Shown here piece after piece: positions 25,670 to 33,401 of a DNA stretch of 33,401 nt. Under the pieces are notes generated by a model, which had not been told where the DNA came from, searched no databases, and saw nothing but the letters and a program-made list of their open reading frames with translations. Position 1 is the stretch's first letter. Every line of letters begins with the position of its first letter. Location: assembly GCA_964609875.1 (NCBI GenBank), contig CAZSUF010000001.1:17923-51323 (forward strand). The letters are read 5' to 3'. Source of the DNA: an uncultured Bifidobacterium sp. GTDB taxonomy: Bacteria; Bacteroidota; Bacteroidia; Chitinophagales; Chitinophagaceae. A program made the translations under genes and the position numbers.

Positions 25670-26430
25670 CTCAACAATTTGTTTGCAATATCATCAAATA
25701 ATTCTTCATCTAAAAGATTGTGGCCTTTATTTAGTTGTATTATTTGTGCAGAGGGCAATTTTTGATGAAACAAATTGGCATATTTCAATTTAATCACTTG
25801 ATCTTTATTACCAAAATAAGCCAAAACTTTTATTTGATTCAATTTCACATTTTTCTGTATCAAGTGCCAATTGGGTGTGATGTTTTTCATATTCATCCAA
25901 ACATGGTATACTTTTTTTCTGCTCATTTCATCACGCATATGCCATTTTGAAAAAGCATATAATTGGTCTGGTAAAAGTTTGACTTTATGTAAAAATCCAA
26001 TCAAAGAGAGATAGGCCGAAGAATGATGCACAAAGTAGGAAAATAAGGCGTGTCCTAGTTTTGTATGGGTAGCTAAATGATTCCAATATCGAATTTTAAC
26101 TCCATCGGGGGCAATAAAAAAGGCAGATTGCATCACTGTGGGAATTACTTCAAGCATGGCAAAATTATATCTGCTGCCCATACTGTAAGAAATACCGATT
26201 ACCTGTTTTATGTCAAATTTTTTAATTAATTCATTCAACAGAGTTAAAAAATGTTCTTTTAGAATATCTTCATTAGCGTCTTGCAAAGGGATATCTACCA
26301 CTAAAAAGGAATACTTTTTTTCTAATTTTTTTGCGAGGTAATTAAATACCTCTTTTTGCTGTCCGAATCCATAAAAGGCAATCACCCATTGTGAAGTACT
26401 TTGAGATAATATGTGATAGGTGAAAGGCAT
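25666..26430 (-). CDS. Alpha/beta-fold hydrolase
   Basis: Size is about 254 aa. Nucleophile-elbow-like GISYSMGS. C-terminal GHNLLDE fits a catalytic His region. It is the first gene of the hydrolase-GT2-permease operon. Confidence 0.6.
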   Translation of the reverse strand: MPFTYHILSQSTSQWVIAFYGFGQQKEVFNYLAKKLEKKYSFLVVDIPLQDANEDILKEHFLTLLNELIKKFDIKQVIGISYSMGSRYNFAMLEVIPTVMQSAFFIAPDGVKIRYWNHLATHTKLGHALFSYFVHHSSAYLSLIGFLHKVKLLPDQLYAFSKWHMRDEMSRKKVYHVWMNMKNITPNWHLIQKNVKLNQIKVLAYFGNKDQVIKLKYANLFHQKLPSAQIIQLNKGHNLLDEELFDDIANKLLS

Positions 26431-26474
26431 TGAGCGGTAAAGATAAAAGGCTAAAGTAATTATTCGGAAGCATT

Positions 26475-26639
26475 ATGAAGGTGGTGATCAAGCTTTTCTT
26501 TGCAATTCTAGTCATGGTTTGCGATTTAAAAGGAGAAAGCAAGTTGAAATTTGGGCGACTAATGATTTTTCTGAGGAGAAAAAGGAAGGAATTGAAAGAA
26601 TTTATAAGAAAAGGTAGGAAGCGAAGTCGCAAAGAATAG
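26475..26639 (+). CDS. Possible small ORF (54 aa): hydrophobic N-terminus plus a highly basic tail. Not in the ORF track.
   Basis: Manual translation gives MKVVIKLFFAILVMVCDLKGESKLKFGRLMIFLRRKRKELKEFIRKGRKRSRKE*. It lies in the 515-bp divergent intergenic region. An open frame of this size could arise by chance. Confidence 0.2.
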   Translation: MKVVIKLFFAILVMVCDLKGESKLKFGRLMIFLRRKRKELKEFIRKGRKRSRKE

Positions 26640-26945
26640 GGATTATTTTTGATGAAATCGCTAAAAAAGTTCGAATTAATGTGGAGGAGGAAACTAGGTC
26701 AAGTTATCATTATTTTACGATGAATCCTGAAAAAAAATAGTTGAATGGGTGAAAGACTTTACTTTGACAAACTCATGACAATTTTATGGCATCATTCTTG
26801 CCTGAATTCGGTATTATCATCGATATTTGGAAGAACACTACTTAGATTCATGAAAAGATTTTTACTTCAAGTATTTCATTTTAAAGCACTTGTACTCAAA
26901 TGGCTATTGTATGCCTATAATTTGACGTATAAATTTATTGGGAAA

Positions 26946-27398
26946 ATGGGGCAGAATACAATTCTACAACCTCGGCTTATTCCAATAAAAATACCCGTAA
27001 AGCGTGGTTTTACAATTTTTTTTATGATGCTGTCGTTTCATGTATTTGCCCAAACATCCACAAATCATTTTACAAGCACAGCAGCTAGTTATCAAGTTGA
27101 TAAATTGACGAATGAAGAAAAGGCAGAATTAATTCAACAAATGGTTAATTCAAGTCGTGAAATCGAAATTCCTACGGAGATGGAAAAAAGTTTCAAGGAT
27201 TTTTTTGCGAACAAAGAATTTGGACCCAAGTTGTATTTAAAATTTAGAACGCTGTACGTGGTATTGTTCAATGAGAATATATCTAAAGTGAATCGTTTGC
27301 TGATGTGCAATTTTTTGCTGGATAATATGAGTAGTTCTGAGTTTCCTATAGATAGGGTATTAGATATCAAGCAAACTTTACTTAATTCAAGCAAGTGA
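26946..27398 (+). CDS. Small hypothetical secreted protein (~150 aa) whose stop overlaps the start of the giant adhesin gene
   Basis: The start at M68 of the track ORF gives a charged n-region plus the hydrophobic core FTIFFMMLSFHVFAQ. The 67 upstream codons look like translated AT-rich spacer. The TGA stop (27396-27398) overlaps the GTG (27395-27397) of the next gene. Confidence 0.5.
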   Translation: MGQNTILQPRLIPIKIPVKRGFTIFFMMLSFHVFAQTSTNHFTSTAASYQVDKLTNEEKAELIQQMVNSSREIEIPTEMEKSFKDFFANKEFGPKLYLKFRTLYVVLFNENISKVNRLLMCNFLLDNMSSSEFPIDRVLDIKQTLLNSSK

Positions 27399-30300
27399 AC
27401 AAATTAATAAAATATTATCTTGTAATCCTGCTTTGTTTGTGTACGTTCTTAGTATCGCATGCACAAGTCATTACTGTTTCTGGTGTTTCCGTTACAGGTC
27501 GATTTAATTCATGTAATGGATCTAATTTACCAACCATAACAGCAAACTTGATAAGCAACAATGGAGGTGCCAGTGTAAGCAATGGCTCATTTATTTGTAA
27601 TAATCAATGTGATTCGTCTACAATACGTGTGTCGATTTCTAATATTCGTTGGAATCAAAGTCCCAATGCAGAATGGTTGCATGGTATATTTTTGCCAGCC
27701 AATTTAGGATTTACTGTAAGTCCTGTAACCTTACCTGCTGGATTTATCACTTATAATGCAGGTTGTATAGGTCAATGTCCTTCTGGTTCAGGCACTAATG
27801 GTGGCCCTGGCTTTTATTTTGACAATTCGGCTGGTCAATCTTGTTGTTCAGGAGCTACTGCCAATGATGGTTATCCTTGTAACAATTATGGTAATGTGGG
27901 CATTACTTGTAACAACTCATTTTCTATGACTTTTGATATCAAGTTTTGCAACAGCTTGATTACAACAACAGGCTATACTTTTGTATTTAGTGGAACATCT
28001 GACGGAGAAACAGGATGTTGGAATGTGGATGATAATCAAATTCATCACATCAGTTTTACCATACCCACCAATGCATGTGCCCCTGTAAATCTGGCACCTA
28101 CAGCTACTACACCTATTAGATCTTGTGTGGGTTCTGTGGTGAATTATACATCAACCCTTACAGCGAACTGTAATTTAAATAATGTGTATTGGTGGGATGC
28201 ACCCACTGGGGGAAATTTAGTAGGTACAGGATCTCCATTTACTTATGACCCTTCGGGGTCTGCATGTCCAGCAGGTACTACATTGTATGCCACTTGTTGT
28301 GCTGGAACGGTGAATGGATGTGTTACACGAACACCAATTATCATACCTGGCTCTTGCGATTCTTTGTTTATTAGTGCCGTTAATTTTACAAATCCATTAT
28401 GTTATGGGCAAGGTATTGTTTCATCCATTGTCGTGCAGAACGCAAATGGAATTGTTACCTATACGTTGCAACCAGGTAATGTAGTGAATACCACAGGAAC
28501 ATTTACAGGCTTGAATCAAACATCTTATACAATCACAGCTTCTGATGCATCTGCTTGTTCTGTGGCTACTGTAATTAGTATGATACAGCCCACGCCCATT
28601 GTGTTTGGTACCCCAACTATCACTGGAGTTACATGTGATTTGCCTTCTTCAGGAACAATTTCAATCAATGCAAGTGGTGGAAATGGAGCTATTAATTATA
28701 GTATTAATCCTACAGCCACACAAAGTTCTAGTGGGTATTTTACAAGCTTAAGTGCACAAACTTACACCATCACTGCTTTAGATGCATCGGCATGTTCAGT
28801 AAGCACATTGGTTACTATAGCTCCCCCGCCAGTATTAAATTGGGTGAGTACAACTCAAGTCAATATTGCCTGTAATAATGTTCCCATTGGTTCTATTAAT
28901 GCGACAGCAGGAGGTGGATTTGGGACAATAAATTATACTTTACAACCAGGTTCTGTGACTAATTCGAGTGGAGCTTTTAATACATTAAGTGCAGGCACAT
29001 ATACTGTAACAGCTCTTGATGCAAACGGGTGTACATTATCTACAAGCATTACGATCACTCAACCTGCAGCCTTAACTTGGAACACACCCAATGCAACCAA
29101 CGTGGCTTGCTATAATACCAATTCAGGAGGAATAGCCATCACAGTGAATGGAGGTGCTCTGCCTATTTTATATACCTTGTTACCAGCAAATACTAGTAAT
29201 AATACGGGTACGTTTAGTGGACTTATTGCGACAACGTATACAGTAAACGCCTTAGATGCAAATGGTTGTACTTTGAGCACACAAATTACCCTTACTCAAC
29301 CAACTGCCTTCAATCTAAACAGTGTTACCTTTATTGACCCGACATGTATACCAGGAAATAATGGAAGTATAACTATCACAGCTTCTGGAGGTGTGACCCC
29401 ATATACTTATACATTGAATTCAGTATCTCAACCCGGAAATGTGTTTTCAAATTTACAAGGTGGAACATATACGGTGACTGTGAAAGATGCAAATAATTGT
29501 TCGAATACAAGTATCGTGAGTCTTATTGCACCAGGCACCCCTGTGTATTCATCAGTTAACAATGTGAACCTAGTGTGTAATGGATCTAATACAGGCAGTA
29601 TCAATGTAACAGCTACAGGAAGTTTGGGAGGATTTACGTATAATCTACAACCCACCAATACCACAAATGTTACAGGAAGTTTTACTGGATTAGGTCCAGG
29701 TACTTATACGGTTACAGCCACAGATAATAATACCTGTTATACCCAAACGCTTATTACAATAACTACGCCTGCTCCTATTGTGATGAATAGTTTAACAGCC
29801 ACTAATGTGATTTGCAATAGTGGAAATACAGGAACTATTACTGCTATTGCAAGTGGGGGTTTTGGCACCTTAACCTATAATCTTCAACCCGGAAACGTGA
29901 CCAATACAACAGGCTTATTTACTGGTTTAGCTATTGGGAATTATGCCATTACTGTAAAGGATGCAAACAATTGTAGTATCACCAGTTATATTGCCATTAT
30001 CCAACCTCCCATTGTTACATGGGTAAGTGTAACTAAAGTTGATGTAGGATGTAATGGAGGTGCCAATGGTAGTATTCAAGCGAATGCAACAGGTGGAGTT
30101 GCTCCGATAACTTATACACTTAACCCAGGAAATGTATCAAATCAAACTGGAACCTATTCAAATCTAATCACAGGCATTTATGTAATTACTGCTGCCGATG
30201 CAAACAATTGCACGACAGTCACTTCAGTCAATTTGTTTCAGCCTTCACCTATGTCCATATCGAATGTAAATATTACGTATCCTTCATGTGTACCAGGGAA

Positions 30301-33300
30301 TGATGGAATAGTTGTTGTTGCAGCTATTGGAGGTACATTAAATTATAATTATACATTAGGTGCTTTAACACAAGCTTCAAATACATTTTCAAATTTATCA
30401 TCGGGTGGATATCTAATTTCAGTGACAGATGCGAACAATTGTTCTGCAACAAGTTTTGTAAATATTATCCCACCGAATGCCCCTGTAGTGAACATTTCAG
30501 TTATTCAAGACGTATCATGTTTTGGAGGGAATAATGGCTCTGCACAAAGTAGTGCTACTGGTGGAACAGGGACAATCAATTTTAATCTTCAACCTGGAAA
30601 TCTAAATAACACGAGTGGAAATTTTACTAATTTAATTGCTGGGACCTATACAGTAACTGCCACAGACCAATTAGGTTGTTCTGGGAATGCAACTTTTTCT
30701 GTTTTACAAAATGTCTTACTCACCTTAAATGCCCCTGTAGTGAGTTTGCCTTTATGTCAAAATAGTACAAATGGAATTTTAAATGTGAGCGCACAAGGCG
30801 GAACGGGAACATACACCTACAACTTAATGCCTGGGAATATTTCAAACACGTCAGGGTTATTTAATAATTTAGGAGGGGGCTCCTATACCGTTTCTGTAGT
30901 TGATGGGAATGCTTGCACAAATACGCAGTTAATTACTTTATCAGCCCCCACAGCTATCACATGGACTAGTGTCTCAAATAATAATTTAAGTTGTAATAAT
31001 TCAAATAATGGGTCTATCACAGCAAATGCTTCAGGTGGGGTTGGATTAATTGATTATGCGCTACAACCTGGAAATATTGTAAATAATGTAGGTGTGTTTT
31101 CTAATTTGAGTGCAGGTACTTATACCGTAATGGCAAAAGATGCGAATGCATGTTCAATTAGTTCAATTGTGATTCTTACACAACCTTCTACCTTAACAAT
31201 TAACGCAGTACAAACCACCCCTGCATCTTGCATCCCAGGAAATAATGGAACATTAACAGTGAATGCAGGAGGAGGCACTTTGCCTTATAATTATTCCATT
31301 GGATCTGGCACGCAAACATCTGCAGTCTTTAATAATTTAATTTCAGGTATTTATAATATCACTGTAACCGATGGGAACTTATGTTCGGTAACCTCAACGG
31401 CTACAATTATTACACCCAATGGTCCAACTATTAGCTCAATAAATACAGTAGCTGTAAGCTGTAATGGCGGTAATGATGGACAAGCAACTGTAATCAGTTC
31501 AGGAGGAACAGGTTCTTCTTCCTATAATTTATTACCTAATAATATTACCAATACAACGGGTGTTTTTTCAAATCTGAATGCTTCAACTTATACCGTAGTT
31601 GTGACTGATGCAAATGGTTGTTCAGTTACAAGTAGTTTTTCAATTATTCAACCAACACCTTTAAGTATTCAGACTGCAAGTCCAACAAATATTACTTGTA
31701 ATGGTTTAAATAATGGGGTCATTAATATTTCAGCAAACGGTGGAACGGGTGCCATAACTTATGTATTAAACCCAGGGAATGTTTCAAATGCTACAGGTAT
31801 TTTTAATAACCTTTCGGGTAATAATTATACTGTAACTGTGAAAGATGCAAATTTATGTACCTTAACAACATTGGTAAGCATCATTAACCCACAAGCACTC
31901 ACAATACTGCTTGCCACTTCTTCAAATTTAAATTGCTTTGCGGGCAGTGAAGGAGCTATTCAAATGAATGTGATAGGAGGAACAGGAACGATAAATTATG
32001 TTCTTCAACCTTTAAACATTTCAAGTGCCTCAGGTCTGTTTAGTAATCTTGCAGCCAACACATATACAGTTGTTGCCAACGATGCAAATGGATGTTCAAT
32101 ATCGTCTGTATTTACATTAACTCAGCCTGCTGCACCCATTTTTACCCCTGTTATCGTGAGTCCTTCATGCACACCTGGCAACGATGGAAGTATAACCATC
32201 AATACTTCTGGTGGAACGCCTCCTTATAATTTTACTATAAACGGAGGTAGTGCTCAAACTTCAAATACCTTTAGTAATCTAGCAGCTGGTATTTATACAA
32301 TTGTAGTAGCTGATTCGAATGATTGCAAAGAAATACTTACCATTACAATTGCACCTCCCAATGCTCCTATCATAAATAATGCAGTGGCTTCCATTGTGAA
32401 TTGTTTTGGCGGGAATGATGCTATTATACAAGTAACAGGTGCTGGAGGTGTGGGCGCATTAAATTATAAATTACTTCCAAATAGTACTATCAATAATACG
32501 GGTATATTTAATGGGCTAACAGTAGGCACTTATACTGTCATTGTATCTGATGCAGGCAATTGTACAGTAAGTACTATTTTGACAGTTAATCAACCCGTTC
32601 AACTTGTATGGACTGGATCTGTTACTACTCCTATTAGTTGTTTTGGTGGTAACGATGGACAATTATCTGTGAATGCGAATGGAGGTATCGGACAAATTAA
32701 TTATACACTTCAACCCGGCAATATTACCAATACTACAGGTATGTTTTCCAATTTAGGTGCAAATGTGCACACCATTACCGCCATGGATGCTAACAATTGT
32801 TTTATTACAACCACACTTCAAATTACCCCTCCTTCTCAAATTTTAGTGACTAATGTAAATCTTGTTCAAGCCTCTTGTTTTGGCAGCAACGATGGTTCAA
32901 TACAAATTACTGCAACAGGGGGTACTGGTCAATTAACTTATCAGCTTTTACCTGGTTCTGTGAATAATCTTACTGGACAGTTTTCTGCTTTAGTTGCAGG
33001 GAATTATACAGTAATTGTTACTGATGTTAATAATTGTAGTACTTCTACCACAATGACAATTTCTCAACCAGTCGTTTTGCAAATTTCAAATTTACTTAGT
33101 ACTATTCCAAGTTGTATACCCGGAAATGACGCCTCTATTACAGTTTCTGCTTTAGGTGGTACTTCTCCTTATTCTTATTCAATCGGTGCGGGAAATCAAA
33201 GTTCAAATGTGTTTTTAAATTTGGGTGCGGGCAATTATACTATTCAAGTTACCGATGCAAATAATTGCACTGCTACTAGTGCCATACTTATTAGTAATCC

Positions 33301-33401
33301 AAATTCACCTGCTATCAATTCTGCAACATCTTCATTTGTCAATTGCTTTGGTGGAAACGATGCGATCATACAAGTAAGTGCAAGTGGTGGCACCGGTCAA
33401 T
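27395..33401 (+). CDS. Giant SprB-repeat cell-surface adhesin-like protein, 3'-partial (>2002 codons, runs off the right edge)
   Basis: I translated frame 2 by hand from GTG 27395, the first start-like codon after TAA 27383-27385. It begins (M)NKLIKYYLVILLCLCTFLVSHAQ (signal peptide). A Cys-rich region follows, then the Ig-like segment CVGSVVNYTS...VYWWDAPTGGNLVGTGSPFTYDP...TLYATC. After that come 22 repeats of the type C-N-G-G-N-D-G...GG.G...Y.L.P...N.TG.F..L..G.Y.V.V.DANGC. The frame was re-checked at 33341 (NCFGGNDAIIQVSASGGTGQ). The gene is absent from the ORF track only because no stop codon occurs before the window end. Confidence 0.9.
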   Translation, partial: MNKLIKYYLVILLCLCTFLVSHAQVITVSGVSVTGRFNSCNGSNLPTITANLISNNGGASVSNGSFICNNQCDSSTIRVSISNIRWNQSPNAEWLHGIFLPANLGFTVSPVTLPAGFITYNAGCIGQCPSGSGTNGGPGFYFDNSAGQSCCSGATANDGYPCNNYGNVGITCNNSFSMTFDIKFCNSLITTTGYTFVFSGTSDGETGCWNVDDNQIHHISFTIPTNACAPVNLAPTATTPIRSCVGSVVNYTSTLTANCNLNNVYWWDAPTGGNLVGTGSPFTYDPSGSACPAGTTLYATCCAGTVNGCVTRTPIIIPGSCDSLFISAVNFTNPLCYGQGIVSSIVVQNANGIVTYTLQPGNVVNTTGTFTGLNQTSYTITASDASACSVATVISMIQPTPIVFGTPTITGVTCDLPSSGTISINASGGNGAINYSINPTATQSSSGYFTSLSAQTYTITALDASACSVSTLVTIAPPPVLNWVSTTQVNIACNNVPIGSINATAGGGFGTINYTLQPGSVTNSSGAFNTLSAGTYTVTALDANGCTLSTSITITQPAALTWNTPNATNVACYNTNSGGIAITVNGGALPILYTLLPANTSNNTGTFSGLIATTYTVNALDANGCTLSTQITLTQPTAFNLNSVTFIDPTCIPGNNGSITITASGGVTPYTYTLNSVSQPGNVFSNLQGGTYTVTVKDANNCSNTSIVSLIAPGTPVYSSVNNVNLVCNGSNTGSINVTATGSLGGFTYNLQPTNTTNVTGSFTGLGPGTYTVTATDNNTCYTQTLITITTPAPIVMNSLTATNVICNSGNTGTITAIASGGFGTLTYNLQPGNVTNTTGLFTGLAIGNYAITVKDANNCSITSYIAIIQPPIVTWVSVTKVDVGCNGGANGSIQANATGGVAPITYTLNPGNVSNQTGTYSNLITGIYVITAADANNCTTVTSVNLFQPSPMSISNVNITYPSCVPGNDGIVVVAAIGGTLNYNYTLGALTQASNTFSNLSSGGYLISVTDANNCSATSFVNIIPPNAPVVNISVIQDVSCFGGNNGSAQSSATGGTGTINFNLQPGNLNNTSGNFTNLIAGTYTVTATDQLGCSGNATFSVLQNVLLTLNAPVVSLPLCQNSTNGILNVSAQGGTGTYTYNLMPGNISNTSGLFNNLGGGSYTVSVVDGNACTNTQLITLSAPTAITWTSVSNNNLSCNNSNNGSITANASGGVGLIDYALQPGNIVNNVGVFSNLSAGTYTVMAKDANACSISSIVILTQPSTLTINAVQTTPASCIPGNNGTLTVNAGGGTLPYNYSIGSGTQTSAVFNNLISGIYNITVTDGNLCSVTSTATIITPNGPTISSINTVAVSCNGGNDGQATVISSGGTGSSSYNLLPNNITNTTGVFSNLNASTYTVVVTDANGCSVTSSFSIIQPTPLSIQTASPTNITCNGLNNGVINISANGGTGAITYVLNPGNVSNATGIFNNLSGNNYTVTVKDANLCTLTTLVSIINPQALTILLATSSNLNCFAGSEGAIQMNVIGGTGTINYVLQPLNISSASGLFSNLAANTYTVVANDANGCSISSVFTLTQPAAPIFTPVIVSPSCTPGNDGSITINTSGGTPPYNFTINGGSAQTSNTFSNLAAGIYTIVVADSNDCKEILTITIAPPNAPIINNAVASIVNCFGGNDAIIQVTGAGGVGALNYKLLPNSTINNTGIFNGLTVGTYTVIVSDAGNCTVSTILTVNQPVQLVWTGSVTTPISCFGGNDGQLSVNANGGIGQINYTLQPGNITNTTGMFSNLGANVHTITAMDANNCFITTTLQITPPSQILVTNVNLVQASCFGSNDGSIQITATGGTGQLTYQLLPGSVNNLTGQFSALVAGNYTVIVTDVNNCSTSTTMTISQPVVLQISNLLSTIPSCIPGNDASITVSALGGTSPYSYSIGAGNQSSNVFLNLGAGNYTIQVTDANNCTATSAILISNPNSPAINSATSSFVNCFGGNDAIIQVSASGGTGQ
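28394..33401 (+). repeat. Array of 22 tandem SprB-type coding repeats (231-240 nt each) organised in a ~942-nt, 4-module super-repeat
   Basis: A leading Cys codon occurs every 231-240 nt. From the fifth module on, every fourth module begins C-[IVT]-P-G-N, with Cys codons at 29345, 30287, 31229, 32168 and 33113. The first module, Cys codon 28400 (LCYGQG), occupies the same register but is a diverged variant. Confidence 0.9.

Noticed and set aside
26618-26630. GAAGCGAAGTCGC, a 12/13 match to one arm of the element palindrome
   Set aside because: It is a single half-site without a palindromic partner or adjacent TIR sequence. It could be chance or a very old remnant.
26342-26632. 96-aa minus-strand ORF spanning the hydrolase start and the intergenic region
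   Set aside because: It overlaps the hydrolase N-terminus out of frame. The product looks like translated AT-rich spacer. It also conflicts with the hydrolase start at 26430.
26745-26945. N-terminal 67 codons of the 217-aa track ORF
   Set aside because: The L/F/K-rich sequence has no signal-peptide logic. An internal Met at 26946 gives a proper charged n-region plus hydrophobic core. The longer form is not excluded.
27134-27394. Minus-strand ORFs 27134-27394 and 29428-29664
   Set aside because: They are antisense to the small secreted-protein gene and to the giant adhesin gene respectively. The second is a by-product of the repeat composition.

Overview
This is an AT-rich chromosomal segment of Bacteroidota type. 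The assignment rests on four proteins ending in T9SS type-A C-terminal sorting domains, SprB-type repeats, an exact TAnnTTTG -7 box, and tight gene overlaps without usable Shine-Dalgarno spacing. From left to right:

- **Housekeeping, 1-6.0 kb.** An ileS ORF that lacks its N-terminal catalytic part and is preceded by in-frame stops. Then a DksA/TraR-like gene with a long histone-H1-like lysine-rich extension, and an SF1B (Upf1/DNA2-like) helicase.
- **6.1-14.4 kb, all minus strand.** A POT-family peptide transporter, a secreted CotH kinase-fold protein, cytidine deaminase, and a 1159-aa predicted outer-membrane beta-barrel protein.
- **14.5-21.4 kb.** A LytS-type histidine kinase plus LytTR response regulator, directly followed by a three-gene operon of T9SS cargo: an arylsulfotransferase-like beta-propeller, a tandem CBM-like protein, and CotH plus lamin-tail domain.
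- **21.6-22.3 kb.** A TerC-family membrane protein.
- **22.3-23.4 kb.** A 1.1-kb non-coding region with two tandem 450-bp units. Each carries a near-identical 349-bp element bounded by ~50-bp inverted repeats with perfect palindromic hairpins. A GC-rich structured patch follows.
- **23.4-26.4 kb.** An operon of alpha/beta hydrolase, GT2 glycosyltransferase and an orphan OppC-type permease.
- **27395 to the right edge.** A giant ORF (>2002 codons) that is absent from the supplied ORF track because it has no stop in the window. It encodes a signal peptide, a Cys-rich head, an Ig-like domain and 22 SprB-type repeats arranged in a 4-module super-repeat. Its start overlaps the stop of a small upstream ORF.

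The items most worth follow-up are the palindrome-bounded non-coding element pair, the broken or split ileS, the giant adhesin locus, and the two-component-linked CotH secretion operon. No CRISPR array, tRNA, rRNA or recognisable defence genes were seen.
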